Assembly: GCA_036172245.1 (NCBI GenBank)
Contig: JAYWIR010000031.1
Span: 1,798,001-1,862,000 of the forward strand
Direction of reading: 5' to 3'
Origin: Raillietiella orientalis
Taxonomy: Eukaryota
DNA length: 64,000 nucleotides
Shown here piece after piece: positions 25,548 through 37,688 of this stretch; position 1 is the stretch's first letter, and each line of letters begins with the position of its first letter. A model generated the notes under the pieces. That model worked only from the letters and a program-made list of their open reading frames with translations, was not told the DNA's origin and made no database searches. The position numbers and the translations under genes were made by a program.

Positions 25548-28500
25548 GATACGTTTTGGGGCAACGAGGACAATAGAGCTGACCTACAGATGAATTCCTC
25601 AAACTGATAAGGTGGTATTTTATTCTGTAGGTGGACGTGAATTCACACGAGTGGAAAATCGTCAACCAGACCTTCTAAAGACTGCGATTCAGTGAAAGAG
25701 CAATTCTCGAATCTACGAATGTTCTTAATAAGGACTGGCTGTCGCGGCAAACACAAATTCCCAATCCAAGGTTCCCATCAACTTCACGCAGAAGAGTAGG
25801 AATGCTGTGTCGAAGAGGTCCATGAAGAGGTCTGTGCAGTGATTCTTTTAAGAAAGGCTCCGTGTCGGGGAGCTCTGCGCACATCATCTGAGGTCTGTAG
25901 CCGAAGCAAACATCCGGGGAAACTGAGCATTTGACGTTTTTCATGTCATACCATACACCCGTTGATATATACCATTACTGGCTTCCAGCGAAATTATCTC
26001 TTCCCTGATACCAAAAAAAATCCCGGAAAATGACCAGAATCTATTACATGCATCTGCTGCAAGTATCTGCAGGGTATTCTGTTGAATCGGATAGCAGATA
26101 TCATTTGTGGTAGAGAATGGCGACAAACAGATGTTGGTGGACTTCATTTGCGTAAAATGTTGCCTATTCCGTGGACCCATTTTCAGGGTCCGATTGATTG
26201 AGCTACTCGTTACTGTATTCAGGACTCTTGTTACGGAATGTACATGACAAAGACAAAAGCGGACTTTCTGGTAATTATTTGATCATGAAATAGTTTACGT
26301 CACAAACTTTGGTGCACCCACGGTGTACTGACTTGTCACTTGATCAGGACCGATAATACCTGGTGTAAATTTAGTCTCGAAGATTTTTTTCTCCTTCCCG
26401 AATGATTTCGGGAAGAGTGTATTCCAGGATTCCATTTGCGATACATGGATTTCCTCTTCGAACGGCAACCTCTGCTCCATTGCAAAGATGAAAAGTGAGA
26501 AAACTTTCCTAAAGAAGAGGATAAATTCTTTCCAACCATCACGAGCCAACGGCATTGTGATGAACACCTATTGACGGAAACTGCATTGTGTTGCATTTTA
26601 TTAATTTGCAAAAGTGTTCTCAGCGTGCGTACACAAGGATGCGTACACTTTGCTTTTGCAGAAAAGGTCGGAAGCCTCTCTTTTATTAAATGAAATCACA
26701 GTAGTCATGGTACTTAATAAATGATGTTGGCCTCGTAAAGGATTCATCTCTGTGAATGTGAACGGATGTGTGCCTCGTACAATCTACAGTACTTTTATGG
26801 ATCACACTTTCTTATACTTATTATTTATTATATTTCATTTACTGACTTTGTTGCATACTGATTTCATAATCATGTATGAAAATCTCCTTTCAAAGGGTAT
26901 TCACAATTATATAGGATGGAATTTTGCATTTGCACTTACATAATTAATAAGCTGCATATACATAATATGTATAATAAGTACAAAACAAAAGAAAGGTTAA
27001 GATAAAGTGAAAATATGAGATCATTTCCTTACATTTAGTTACCATCAAATACAACAACTTTGGCAGTCGTGGTGAAATCCAAGTCTCATAGAACACCAAA
27101 GCCTCTCACATCGCACAGTACACTCTCCATATTGCCTTTTTTTGAGCTTTTAATTCTTTCATACTTGTACGAAGCATTTTGTATATACTCTAGTGCTCTA
27201 CATCTGAAAATAGCCTTTATGTACTTCGTGCTCCTTAGGAGGAATTGAAAATTGCAGTGCTTTACTTTCAAATACTGACCAAGGGAGAGAGACCTTCATT
27301 CCAGATCTAAGTTTATATTACTTAAGGGAGGCGCCTTCGTAATTCTTTTGCTTTATTTATGGCGGTACGACCACTCAAGTTGTTCACTGAGAAGTGCATT
27401 CGCCACGGCTCTTTATGATTATTAGCGGCGCTCCGAAGTTTCCACGGAGTTCCATTCCTTCCTCAGTTCTGCACGGTTTCAGCGTATATTCACAAAAGAA
27501 AGTCTCCCTGAAATTCCTCCATCGAAATTCATCGGGGACGTCGGCGGAAGCACGTTGTTCTGGCCGAATACTCTTACGGATAGCCCGTCCCTCTAAAACA
27601 CGGTCCTGGACCAAGGACGCAAGTTGAGGGATTCCTGTGAGTCCAAGGAGACCGTAGCCACCAACTGCTGCCAACGCGGTCGTGTGGCTGAGAACGAAGC
27701 AAGAAGATAGTCGTGGGAGGTCATTCTTCACCAATGGGGAGTTCCGACGGCTACTGCTTTATGGAATCCCTCTAGACGCTCCAGGTGGGGAAGCATGTGG
27801 GGAGGCATCTCACCGTCGGTGGACTGAACACTCCACCCGCACTTTATCATGTGATTACTCGGCAAAAGCACCGCCCTCGACAGCCGGCTCATCCTGGAAT
27901 GATCCATGGCAGTTTTGAGGATCCGCAAGGAGGTGAACGGATGGAACTGGAAGAATGGTGAGTACCCACGTCTTGGAAAAGCAAACTGGCAGTGCAAGCG
28001 ATCTTCAGCGATCTCATGCCTTGACTGGTTGATGCACTCTCTCCGCTGCATGCAACTGCTGTGAACACTGAATCCAATCTTTGAGTATAAATGGCTTTGT
28101 GATGAGCATTTTTTTTTATTTAAATCGCTTGGAGTTGCACTCGGAGAATGGCGCAAAAGTTGTTCTTTTCGCAGATGTCCTCAAGCCAAAAGCACCGCCC
28201 GTCAGCTTTGCCAGATGTTCGGGGGGATTCCATTCTGAAACGTTCCAGCATCCAGCATGTGAATCATGAATAATCTCCCGGTTTCGATTTTCGTTTTGAA
28301 GCGATTCTCAAACTTGTTTGCATGCATGAAACTCAATCGATTCCAAGTTTCATTCGCTTCGACGAGTCAGTTCTCAGTGGCTACTTGTACCATTTTTCTC
28401 TGCTCTTCTCTCAAAGAAGAAATGGCACGAGTGGCTTGGGAACTTTTTTTCCCGCATATTTCCTTATTTCGGAGTGTTTTTCTTCTCATCGAAATGAAAT

Positions 28501-31175
28501 TAAGGGAGATCAGGGTGAGGGTTGTTGACCAAATGAGATGGTCATTGCTTTTTCAAGTTGTGTTTGTATAAACTCATGTAAACTCATTGGGCTCATTTTA
28601 CGCCCCTGGAACGTCATGAGTTCTCAGATGAGCGTTTGTCGCCATTGGATTCTGAGCAAATTTCCGCATCTCATTCCCAATCCTTTTTATCACAGCGATT
28701 AACTCATCGTCCTTTCGCGGGAGGGCTTCCAAGTTACCTATCTCCTCAGTACAGACATCTGCCCAAGTACAGAGCGCATTGTGATGAAATCTCAATCCCT
28801 ATATTTCTGTGCTTATTTAATGATCCAAGGGATGTAGCAGTTTCAGTTACGATAAAGTGGTTGATGATACGTTCTATAAAGAGCACCTCCGAGTCTGTAC
28901 GAGTAATTTGTTTTTTAAATTTCACCGGAGGGTGTTTTGCCAAAGTTCCATTATTCATTTAGGAAGCATGAAGTTTCGATATTCGGTGCTTCTGGAAGGT
29001 GAAATTTTTTGTTTTTCTTCGTTTCTCTTTCGTGGGTCCTCCCTCTCGAGGCACGCGCCGTTTGTTCGGCCCTTCAAAGATAACGATAAGGAACTGAACT
29101 CGCTGGAAAAGTGATCTTTCCGTTTTCATTTCACTCTGCTTAAACAACCGTTGGGGGGAGTCAACTGAAGACATTCACGCTCAAAGAAGAATTCTTACCT
29201 CCACGCACTGTGTCTGAGGATTCCGAAATCCAAAGCAACCAAAGGACAAAGTGGCGAGTGCATCACCGTTTCTACGGCGACTTGAGGAATTTCAAGATTC
29301 ACCACCACTTCTTAAAAGGTCCACGAATTGTCAGCCCGTACCGGCTTTCTGGTGTGGTTTTTTGAAGTGAGAACTTCCGATTTCAGATTATCTTTATATA
29401 CTTCTTTGATCATTGAAGAATTTTTTTTTAAAAAAAAAAAAAATCGCATCCATCTTGCGGTTCTCATTCGCGGATACAGAGTCTGCACCACGGATAATCT
29501 GTTGATTCTAGAATCGATGTTTTGTTCCCAAACCAGTTCTTTCAGTAATTTACTTTCTCAATCGAATGCTTTATCCATGAGAGGGATTTGTTTGGAACTC
29601 ATCCCGAATTCGTGTCTTGGCATTTCGGTGCAGTCATTTTTTTTTTTTCTTTTTAACTCAAATTAAAGTTGGATATTTTGATAGGTTCCGCGAACAACTC
29701 ATTGAGTTCTCGGGAGGTCCTTATGCAGCAAGTAGTCCTTTGGCATAAGCGGCATGCCATCAAAACATACCCGCTTTCACCACGTCCTACACCTTGTGGC
29801 AATGACAGCTCTTCGGCAGAGCAAACTTTCCCTGAAATCATTCATCGCTCTTCAAAGCACATCTTTAAGATCGCCGCCGCTTCGTTCTCTGAGGCTCTCT
29901 GTTGTGTACTTCAGCATCTGCAGCAAAATGGAAATCTTCTCCACCGACCACGCGTAAAAGCCCAATTCGGTGAATGAAGGCGCATTCTACACTTCCACTT
30001 GGTGAGAAAACCTGGGGGTTTCCCAAACGCATGCTTTCCATTTATCCTTATCAAGGAATTTGGGATACGGTATTTCAAGGCCGTATTCAAAAACACTGTA
30101 GACTCTTATTTGGTTGACTTTAAACTGGTTCAAAAGGTCGCTGGCTTGAGCAGCGGGGTTGCTCAAAAGTGAGTCTATTCTCTCGGAGGATTCTTATATA
30201 TTCAAATGTTTTCACACATCAAGCATCAGTTCCCTGTCGTTTTGCATTGTAGTTCGTATAACAGCTCCCGGAAGCGCCAATAACATCTGCTTGAGAAACC
30301 ATCTTACTCAAATTTGACTTCAGTGAGAATCTCCCATCAACCCTTTTTCCATCGTTTTCCAGAGGGACTGAGGTGATCACGTATTGAGGGTCGCACGTTT
30401 CCGAGAGTGCTGTTCCTTCTTTTTCTTATGATGAGAGAAACGCCATGCCATCTTCACGAAAATCCAGCGCTGTCTTGTTCACTGGTGCAGTGTCCCAGTG
30501 TGTTGGTGAAATCTCGCGTCCGGCTGTAACTGGGTATGTCCTCTGCTCTTCCCACGATTGCGGCATTTCCAGGATTGCATTCCTGATGACGCCCATGTTC
30601 TAGACCTTAGGACATGGACATCAAAGTATTCTGGAACCATCACACCGACTGTGCAAACATTCACGGTGCTGTACACATCATTTTTCCACTCACTCGAAGA
30701 ACTGTCTGCTTCCCAAGTGGTTTCGAAAGGCCGTAAGAATGAGATCCGGAACGTGCTGCTGTGCTTGTCTTGGGCAGCATCTTCTGCCCGAAGGATAAAT
30801 AAAGATCAGTTTGCAGCTCTTGATGTACTATATCCACCTCGGCGCCTAGACAGACGACGACGCTTCGCAGAAATTGCAAACAATCCACCCTTTCTCTTAC
30901 GAGAACGACCAGCGCAAGGTCACGCCATTCCGCTGCTTGACAGCGTACTGACCACCTAAGTCAATCCCCCGCCCTTTTTTAGTCTGGCTGGTGGGCACGC
31001 CCACCCGACTTTATCAGCCTTCCACGAGGTCGGGTTACGCCACGCACTTCCCACGTGGACAGCAACAGCCTGTTCCGCATTCCAAAGTCTTCCACGATTG
31101 CGGACAAAAACCAGCCACTAAAAACATCACTTACAACATATCGGAATTTCCCAAGGTTTTGCGTTGTCAGCGAAA

Positions 31176-31208
31176 TGCAATCTTGGTAATACTGTTTACC
31201 AGATTGCA
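31176..31208 (-). promoter_or_regulatory. CRESS-DNA virus rolling-circle origin: stem-loop with nonanucleotide CAGTATTAC
   Basis: TGCAATCT-T-GGTAA...TTACC-AGATTGCA inverted repeat. GTAATACTG at 31186-31194 is the reverse complement of CAGTATTAC (NANTATTAC). Lies about 90 bp upstream of a Rep ORF. Confidence 0.88.
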
Positions 31209-31215
31209 ATTTCTG

Positions 31216-31236
31216 CGCAGTTACGCAGTATAAATA
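31216..31236 (+). promoter_or_regulatory. Putative iterons (CGCAGT x2) and Rep TATA box (TATAAATA)
   Basis: CGCAGT at 31216-31221 and 31224-31229, then TATAAATA at 31229-31236, between the origin and Rep. Confidence 0.6.
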
Positions 31237-31293
31237 CAACTACACCGACAACCAAAGCCAAGTCTTACTTACTGTGAATTTCTGACCACAAAG

Positions 31294-31775
31294 GTGCCAT
31301 ACGCACTTTTTTTCAACTGGTGCTTCACATTGTGTAACTTCACAGATCAAGAACTGAAAGAAATCAAAGACTGGTGCCGTGCCAACTGTTTCTTCGCCTG
31401 CATAGGCAAAGAAGTCGCAAAAACAGGGACGCCACACCTACAAGGTTACTTTCAACGGAAAGAACCAAGAACACTGCCGGGACTCAAACGGAAAACTTTT
31501 CAAAAAACTCATCTGGAAAAAGCAAGAGGTTCACCACAGAGCAACTTGAGGTACTGCACTGAAGAGGATAAACAAGCATGGACCTCCGGAAAAATCCACG
31601 ACACAAACGAACCTTCAGACTACCAAGACCTGGTGAGCCAAAAACCGTTAACGACAAGATCAACTCCATATCTCCACTAGATACTTCAACTAATCGAAGA
31701 CGGTGCAGATGAACGTTTCATTTTAAAAAATCATACAAAGTTTTATTCCGTAAACATAAACTTTGTAAAGGAATG
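31294..31775 (+). pseudogene. rep: Endogenous CRESS-DNA virus (circo/cyclovirus-like) replication-associated protein, HUH endonuclease domain, truncated
   Basis: Motif I WCFTLCN (31318-31338), GKEV...TGTPHLQGY (motif II at 31432), HLEKARGS, motif III NLRYCTE (Tyr at 31552). In-frame stop at 31678-31680 with read-through ILQLIEDGADERFILKNH. No ATG start and no SF3 helicase downstream. Confidence 0.93.
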
Positions 31776-32979
31776 CTTCCGTCTCACACGCAGCTGCAAT
31801 GTCACGAGCTCATCAAAACCCCCCAGCTAGCAAACTCTGCTTCCTTCCTTTCAAGAAGGAAGCTGCTTTGTCCATCACGTGGCTGCTCAGATGGTGCTAG
31901 TCTGGAAATCAGACATTTATCTAAGTCGCTTTGGAATTCCAAAGGTTCCGTAGTAGTTGTATGATTCCGCAGTTCCTGTAATCGCTTAATGATTCCACAG
32001 CCTTGTCCCTGAAAAAGCTGGAAGGAAAAAAGACGAAGCTATTTGGAAAAAAAAAAAGGAAGACTTTCTTCGTTATCCTCTGCAAATATTCCTCCCTCTT
32101 TTCTGGTTGCTCCATTTTCGAGTAGTGGACTCAGTACCCGATCCAATCTCCAGAAGCGGGAGCAACTATTCATGCTTTGGTGCCAGCGCGATCCTTTCAA
32201 GGAGAAACATTCAAAGTTGCTGGCGTCTGCTGCCCAGACAGCAGTGCAGATGGCACTGGGTCTCATCGTTCCTCCTCCGGAAAAAGGAAAAAAAAAAAAA
32301 AGTTCTTTCTTTCTTGTACAGAATCTTTCATTTTTGAATTCTTTCTTTTTTTTTAGAAAAAAACCTTCTGTCATTTATCTGAGCACGAGTGGTGAGGATT
32401 CGCTAGAAACGCCGCCTGACTCTTAATGCCAAAGAACATCGGCCAGCTCTCGGACTACTCTCACCTAGTACTCGAAATTTTCAGCTAAATGAGCAGGAAG
32501 CTGTGATTCAGAATGCTGAGCTACTTCGACTAGCTGGAAGTTGTGGCAAAGTTTCCAAATGCGTTTGCGTCGTTCGCCTGCGGGTTCCCCGGCGTTGCCC
32601 CCGAACACAGGAGGTTGTGGCCTGGAAACGCAAAATCACTGAGCTGTCATCTGCCCATTTTTGATCTTCGCTTGAGGATTCTATGGCGCACATCCCACAC
32701 CTCGAGAAGGACAAATCGAAACGGCTGGATCCCTAATGTTTCCTGTTGCCGAGCTTGTGGCGCTGTACCAAGCTCGCAGCGACCCCAACTGCAGTCGCTT
32801 TCCTACCCATTTCATCTTGTTTCAAGATCCTCCCCTTTTCCGTCCACGGATGACTCTAGTTCGCGCCTTCTTTGCAAATAAAAGCAATCGAGGCACATGA
32901 AAAGTCGATTTTTAGGTGGATCGCTTGTTGTTTTGAGTAGCTGAGATGACATTTTGTTCGGTCAACACCGAACGCTGTT

Positions 32980-33480
32980 TCATTTTCTCAAGGCAATACA
33001 AAAGCGCTATTTTATGGAGCAACCAATGGAGGCGCTCAAAAGCGCAGCAGAGAGACTCAAGCAGCAAGCTCGGCCAAAGTTGTGCACGCTTCCTGTGCTG
33101 GTCATGCTTTCCTGTGCGTGTCGTGTCACACCTGTTGGTAAGCAGACAAGAGGTGCAAAAACTCGAGAAAATCTCCTGCGAGCGAAGATGATTAACAGAG
33201 GAGACGCCGATGAGCTGAATAAACTAGGAGGGCATTTGTACTTCCATCTGTGGAAAGATGGAGGAATCTGGAAAACAAGAAAAGCAAGGACTCGACAATC
33301 GCATCTGTGGACAGAGAGATGTTTGTGGTGCTCGAAGAATAGAGAGGATCTGTCCATTATTTGCATCAAGCCGTCTTCCTCGAGCAAAGATCTTTACTGA
33401 ATCTAGCACCAGATGATTAGCAGACTGCAAAACTGCTGGAGCATCTGCCAAAACTTCGACTTAGATCTATTAGCAATGAC
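32980..33480 (+). pseudogene. Possible NACHT/NLR-type NTPase gene relic (helical region)
   Basis: LCTLPVLVMLSC resembles the NACHT LCxxPLxxxMxC motif; downstream sequence is disrupted. Confidence 0.25.
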
Positions 33481-36369
33481 GGCCATAGAAATGTCCAAGA
33501 GGTAAATTCCCTGTTGTCTGATCTCAAAGAAATGGTAACCGATAAACGGCGAAGATGTATGGGAGGAAACGATGATCCCGTTTCTGCTCACAGATCGCTT
33601 CCTCTGTTTTCTTTCCGGTAGCGACGCCGTGAGTAGTTTCGATCCTTCCACCGGATCCTATCGATACCATGGTATTGGTGCATTCCTTGGCAAAGCTTTG
33701 TCGGCAAGAGGTAGAATCCGCCATTTTTTTCTCCCTGACTCCTTATTGGATGGGACGCATGTCGAAAAAATCTCCAGATCCACTGAGGTCCTGGATACAC
33801 TTAATTGGTAGGTGTTTCCACAACCAGAATCGATAGACCGTACATTCACACGTCAGAGACTGATGATGCAACCTCCGCTACCGCGCCGCTTCCACCCTGA
33901 AATGCCCCATTTCCCCGGTTCCCCCTTCACGAGGAACCAGCAATCCCGTGTCACTTCTCTTCACAGTACACTTCTTTTCCTTGAAGACAGCCTTCCAGTC
34001 TGGGGCGAACATAGGGAAGCGAGAGACTCGTGGGCACGCCTGGTCAACATCTCGTCTGCTGAGAACTCCTTGGACAAATGAAGCGTCGGTCTTGCAGGTG
34101 CAGGAGGAGTACTGATGGGGGGCAAGGGGGAGGCTCTGCGAAGTCCCGCTGTGTTAATGCTTATCATTCTTGTAAGTATCTACCCAGTATCAATGGCACA
34201 TGTTGTATGTGAACGATAGGTGGTCAAACATCCGGAAGAATGCAAAAGCCTGTACCTTCGAAGATGGATAAGTCGGAATAACAGCCGAAAGATTCGCGTT
34301 TGACTCAGGAGGCGCAGATTCACCACTGGGATGAGCTCGCTGCAGCGCAAGGAAGCATGGCATCCCCTCGCCCGAAAGCATCCGGACCAAGGGAGGATCC
34401 TTGACTCGCGCTGCCTCAATTGCGACGCGCGAGCTTCCAGCTTCCTTGCTGACGGGAATGACCACCGGACATCCGAAGACAGAGACCCCGGAATAGCAGC
34501 CGAGGGAGTTTGCACGCGATGGACGCAGGAGACACCGCGGAGGTCGGCAAGCAGATCAGGGGAGACCCCTTCCCTGCTTCCGATCCTTGCACGCCAGGGA
34601 TCTCCTGCTCGCTCCAGCTCGCTCGCCGTTGCGCTGTTCGGATAACCGTGCGGGCCGGCGGCCTCCAGCAGGAAGCGGCGACCTCCGGCTCGAACGTGCA
34701 GGGGGCGCTCTTCACGGGAAGGGGGCATCCTGAATGGTGGCGGGCGAGGTTCCAGCTCACCCGCTGAGGGTGCGTGACCACCTGGTCCGTTGCATCGTGG
34801 GAGGGAGCTGGTGGTCCCCAGGGACAGCCGATACAGGGAGGGGGGCCAAGTCAGGACTCTGGCAGCCGGACCTGGTGCCCCTCCAGGACGAAGGTCGGGT
34901 CGGGTCATCGTGCTAGACGCTGCCTGCGTACGCGAGCTCGCGGCAACAGCGTCAGAGGAAACGCAGCGAAGGGAAGGCACTGCGTGTCTGGGTGGAGGTC
35001 CACTCTTCCCGACAGAGGACCTCGGTTCGGAAGCTGGCGGCTGGGTCCTCAGGAAGCGAAGAACGACGGGACGCCTGGAGATCTCGACGGTCCTCGCGCA
35101 CGCGGGCAAAAAAAACCGAAAAGGAGGACGGTAGCGTACGCCCGCATCCAATGCAGCCGGGTCAGGGGATTTACCGGGGCACATCCTGGGGTCAGCGACC
35201 ATGGTGAACGACTGCATGCGTGCTTTTGATAGCGGAAGAAAAGAATGATGGAAACTGTGGAGGATTCCCTCCTCCTCCTCAACGTTTATCCTATGCAACT
35301 GAACAGCACAGAGATCCGTTTTCCAAAGAAACGGGAGATTTACGATGATTCATCCATCGCATGAGTAGTGGCAACGTTGCTTCTTCGTCTCACTGATCGC
35401 CATCATAGCTGACAGTAATGGCTTTCCATTTCCCGTCTTCCCCGAAGAACAGATCCGCGTGCGTGCACGTGCGGCAGTTCGACTCCAAGCCGATTTTCCC
35501 TCCCATCAGTCAGAAAGGACGCTGGCATCGTCCATCAGGGAGCGCGCTGACGTGAGTGGGGCGAGGTGAGCTCAAGCAGCAGCAGTTCCTCGCCTGTGAA
35601 ACTCAAGGGACACTGCTGTTCTTCATCCCCCAAAGACATCTCTAGAGATGTTTCTGAGATTCTTGCAAACGGTGGCGTTCTCGAGCGTCTCTTGCGGAAA
35701 GATTCCAGGTCACGGCCTGAGCTGCCCTCTCGCTCCACCTCGGAAGTTGCTAGCGCTTGCTGGAAGGTGCATGCATCGCGAGAATCTTCCTTCTCCTCGC
35801 GAGGAGCATTCCCGCAGTCTCAGGTTCGGATCTGAAGAGGAACGTTTCCCTGCTTTTTTCATGCCGTCCTCCAGGTCCAGCCGGGATTGTCTTTCACTCT
35901 TGCGTGATGATCCACGAAACGGTTCTCCGCGGTACTGAAGGAGGAGACGTTGGACGCGGCGTGCAGTTTCCTCCGGTCGGAGATTCCATACGCGACGAGC
36001 GCACACGCCTCCTACCGGACGCGCTCTCGCAAATTCCCGTTCGCTACCTTCGTGATAAACCCTACTTCCAGAAGTTTCTCGGATTGGCTTTCAGTGGGAA
36101 TGGCGGTTTCTGGAAACGTCCGAAGCACAAGTGGGAGCGGCGACCTTCCGCTTCCCTCTCTGCTCCGCGCTCTTCCCTATCTCGTCGTTCCGTGCTCACC
36201 GCCCGCGTAATTTTCAAACTTCCAGCCTCGCGCGCGTGGATTCTTTCGAAGACTGCATGTCTCGAGAAGGCAGCGTTCCTCCTTCCTCCCGTATCCGGCT
36301 TTCTGTCTCCGCGGCCTGCATGCCATCTTAAGGGGTCACTGATCCCCTTTGCCTTACCATTAACTTATT

Positions 36370-36665
36370 TCCCTGGAGGGTGCTCCCTGAAGGGTGCAGC
36401 GCTCTTCTGAATACTCTAGAGAAGCAACCCCCTGAGGTAGGGGTGTCAACCAGCTTTACGGTACTCTATGGACAGCTCCATTTTCACAACCAGAGGGAAA
36501 CCCCGAAGGGAACGGGCTCCTTGACTCCTGGAAGGACCCCAGAGAGTCAACTTCCAATTCCGGGCACTCTAGGGGGGACATCCGGATTCCCATAGTGCCC
36601 ACCCGAAAGCCCGTGGGACAACAGCCACTATCCTGCGAGAGGACTCGATTTGTCCCAACCCGCAA
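36370..36665 (-). repeat. SINE-like repeat, internal fragment
   Basis: ACTCCTGGAAGGACCCC...GTCAACTTCCAATTCCGG...AAAGCCCGTGGG matches the reverse complement of the SINE body. Confidence 0.75.
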
Positions 36666-37688
36666 CAACTGGCACCATGCAAGGGAACCGCATCCACACG
36701 GATGCCAACGCGGGCAACCGATTAGTAAAGTATGAACGGGAAGAGATGCGATTTTCCTGTTGCTTCGAATCTGTCAGCAGTGTCCATCAATCTGAGCACA
36801 AAGCAGACGTCAGCAACCATCAAACCGGTGGCTGTGAAATGAGGATTCACGCGATCCCTCACTCGTTTCCAGACGAGATGGTTCCCTTTTGCTCGCACGC
36901 CGGTAGTGCGGTTCCAGCTGGCTTCAGATACGCTGCTTATGTCGGTTGGCATGCCCAGAGTGCGTGGATGGATTTAGCGGCAGCTGCGGAACACAAAATC
37001 TTGTGCTCCGCGGAAACAAGCCATACACCGTCGGCGAAGCGATTTAGCGTCTTGCTCCGAAGATTCTTGACTCTTTCTCACCTTGGCCCGGATTCTCTGG
37101 AACATTTCCTTGCTTCCGTTTGATGGTTGCCATTTAGGGCAGTTCGTCCCTATGGTGTTGTCCTCTCGGAATAGGAAAAGAAAGACACAGAGAACACTCC
37201 CGAAGGACCATCTTCATTTCTGCTTATCGGTAGCAGACGTCACTGGTTCCCGACAAACTCTCCTGGTCTGGGAAAGCGGACAGCCGGCCGAAATTCCGAA
37301 TGCATTTCAGGTATCAGAAAGACTCTCTTCAGCATTTTAGCGGCGAACTCGTCGAAGAGGAAAAAGGTGGATGACAGGCGAGCCATCCAGAAGCGAACCT
37401 TCGCAGAGATCGTCTCCTGTGCAGCCAAAAGCTCGCAAGCAGGGAGACCTCTGCTTTGCAGTTGTCAAGACAAAATTTTGCGCATCTTCGAAAAAGAGAT
37501 GAAGAAATTTTTTGGTTCCGATACGACTTTCTTTGGTTCAGAGCTGAAGATAATGTTCCGCTGCAGTACTGTGTTTGGAATCATCTGCCGCAGAGTTGTG
37601 CACGAACTTTCCCCGATGAAAAATGTTGCCAAAGACACGAGTCATGAGGTCTTCCGTATAAACCATTTGCTCATAGGAAGAAGTCTTT

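Noticed and set aside
34180..36410. Long GC-rich ORFs (372 aa minus, 217 aa plus)
   Set aside because: Low-complexity, overlapping frames with no identifiable motifs; probably decayed TE ORF1 sequence.
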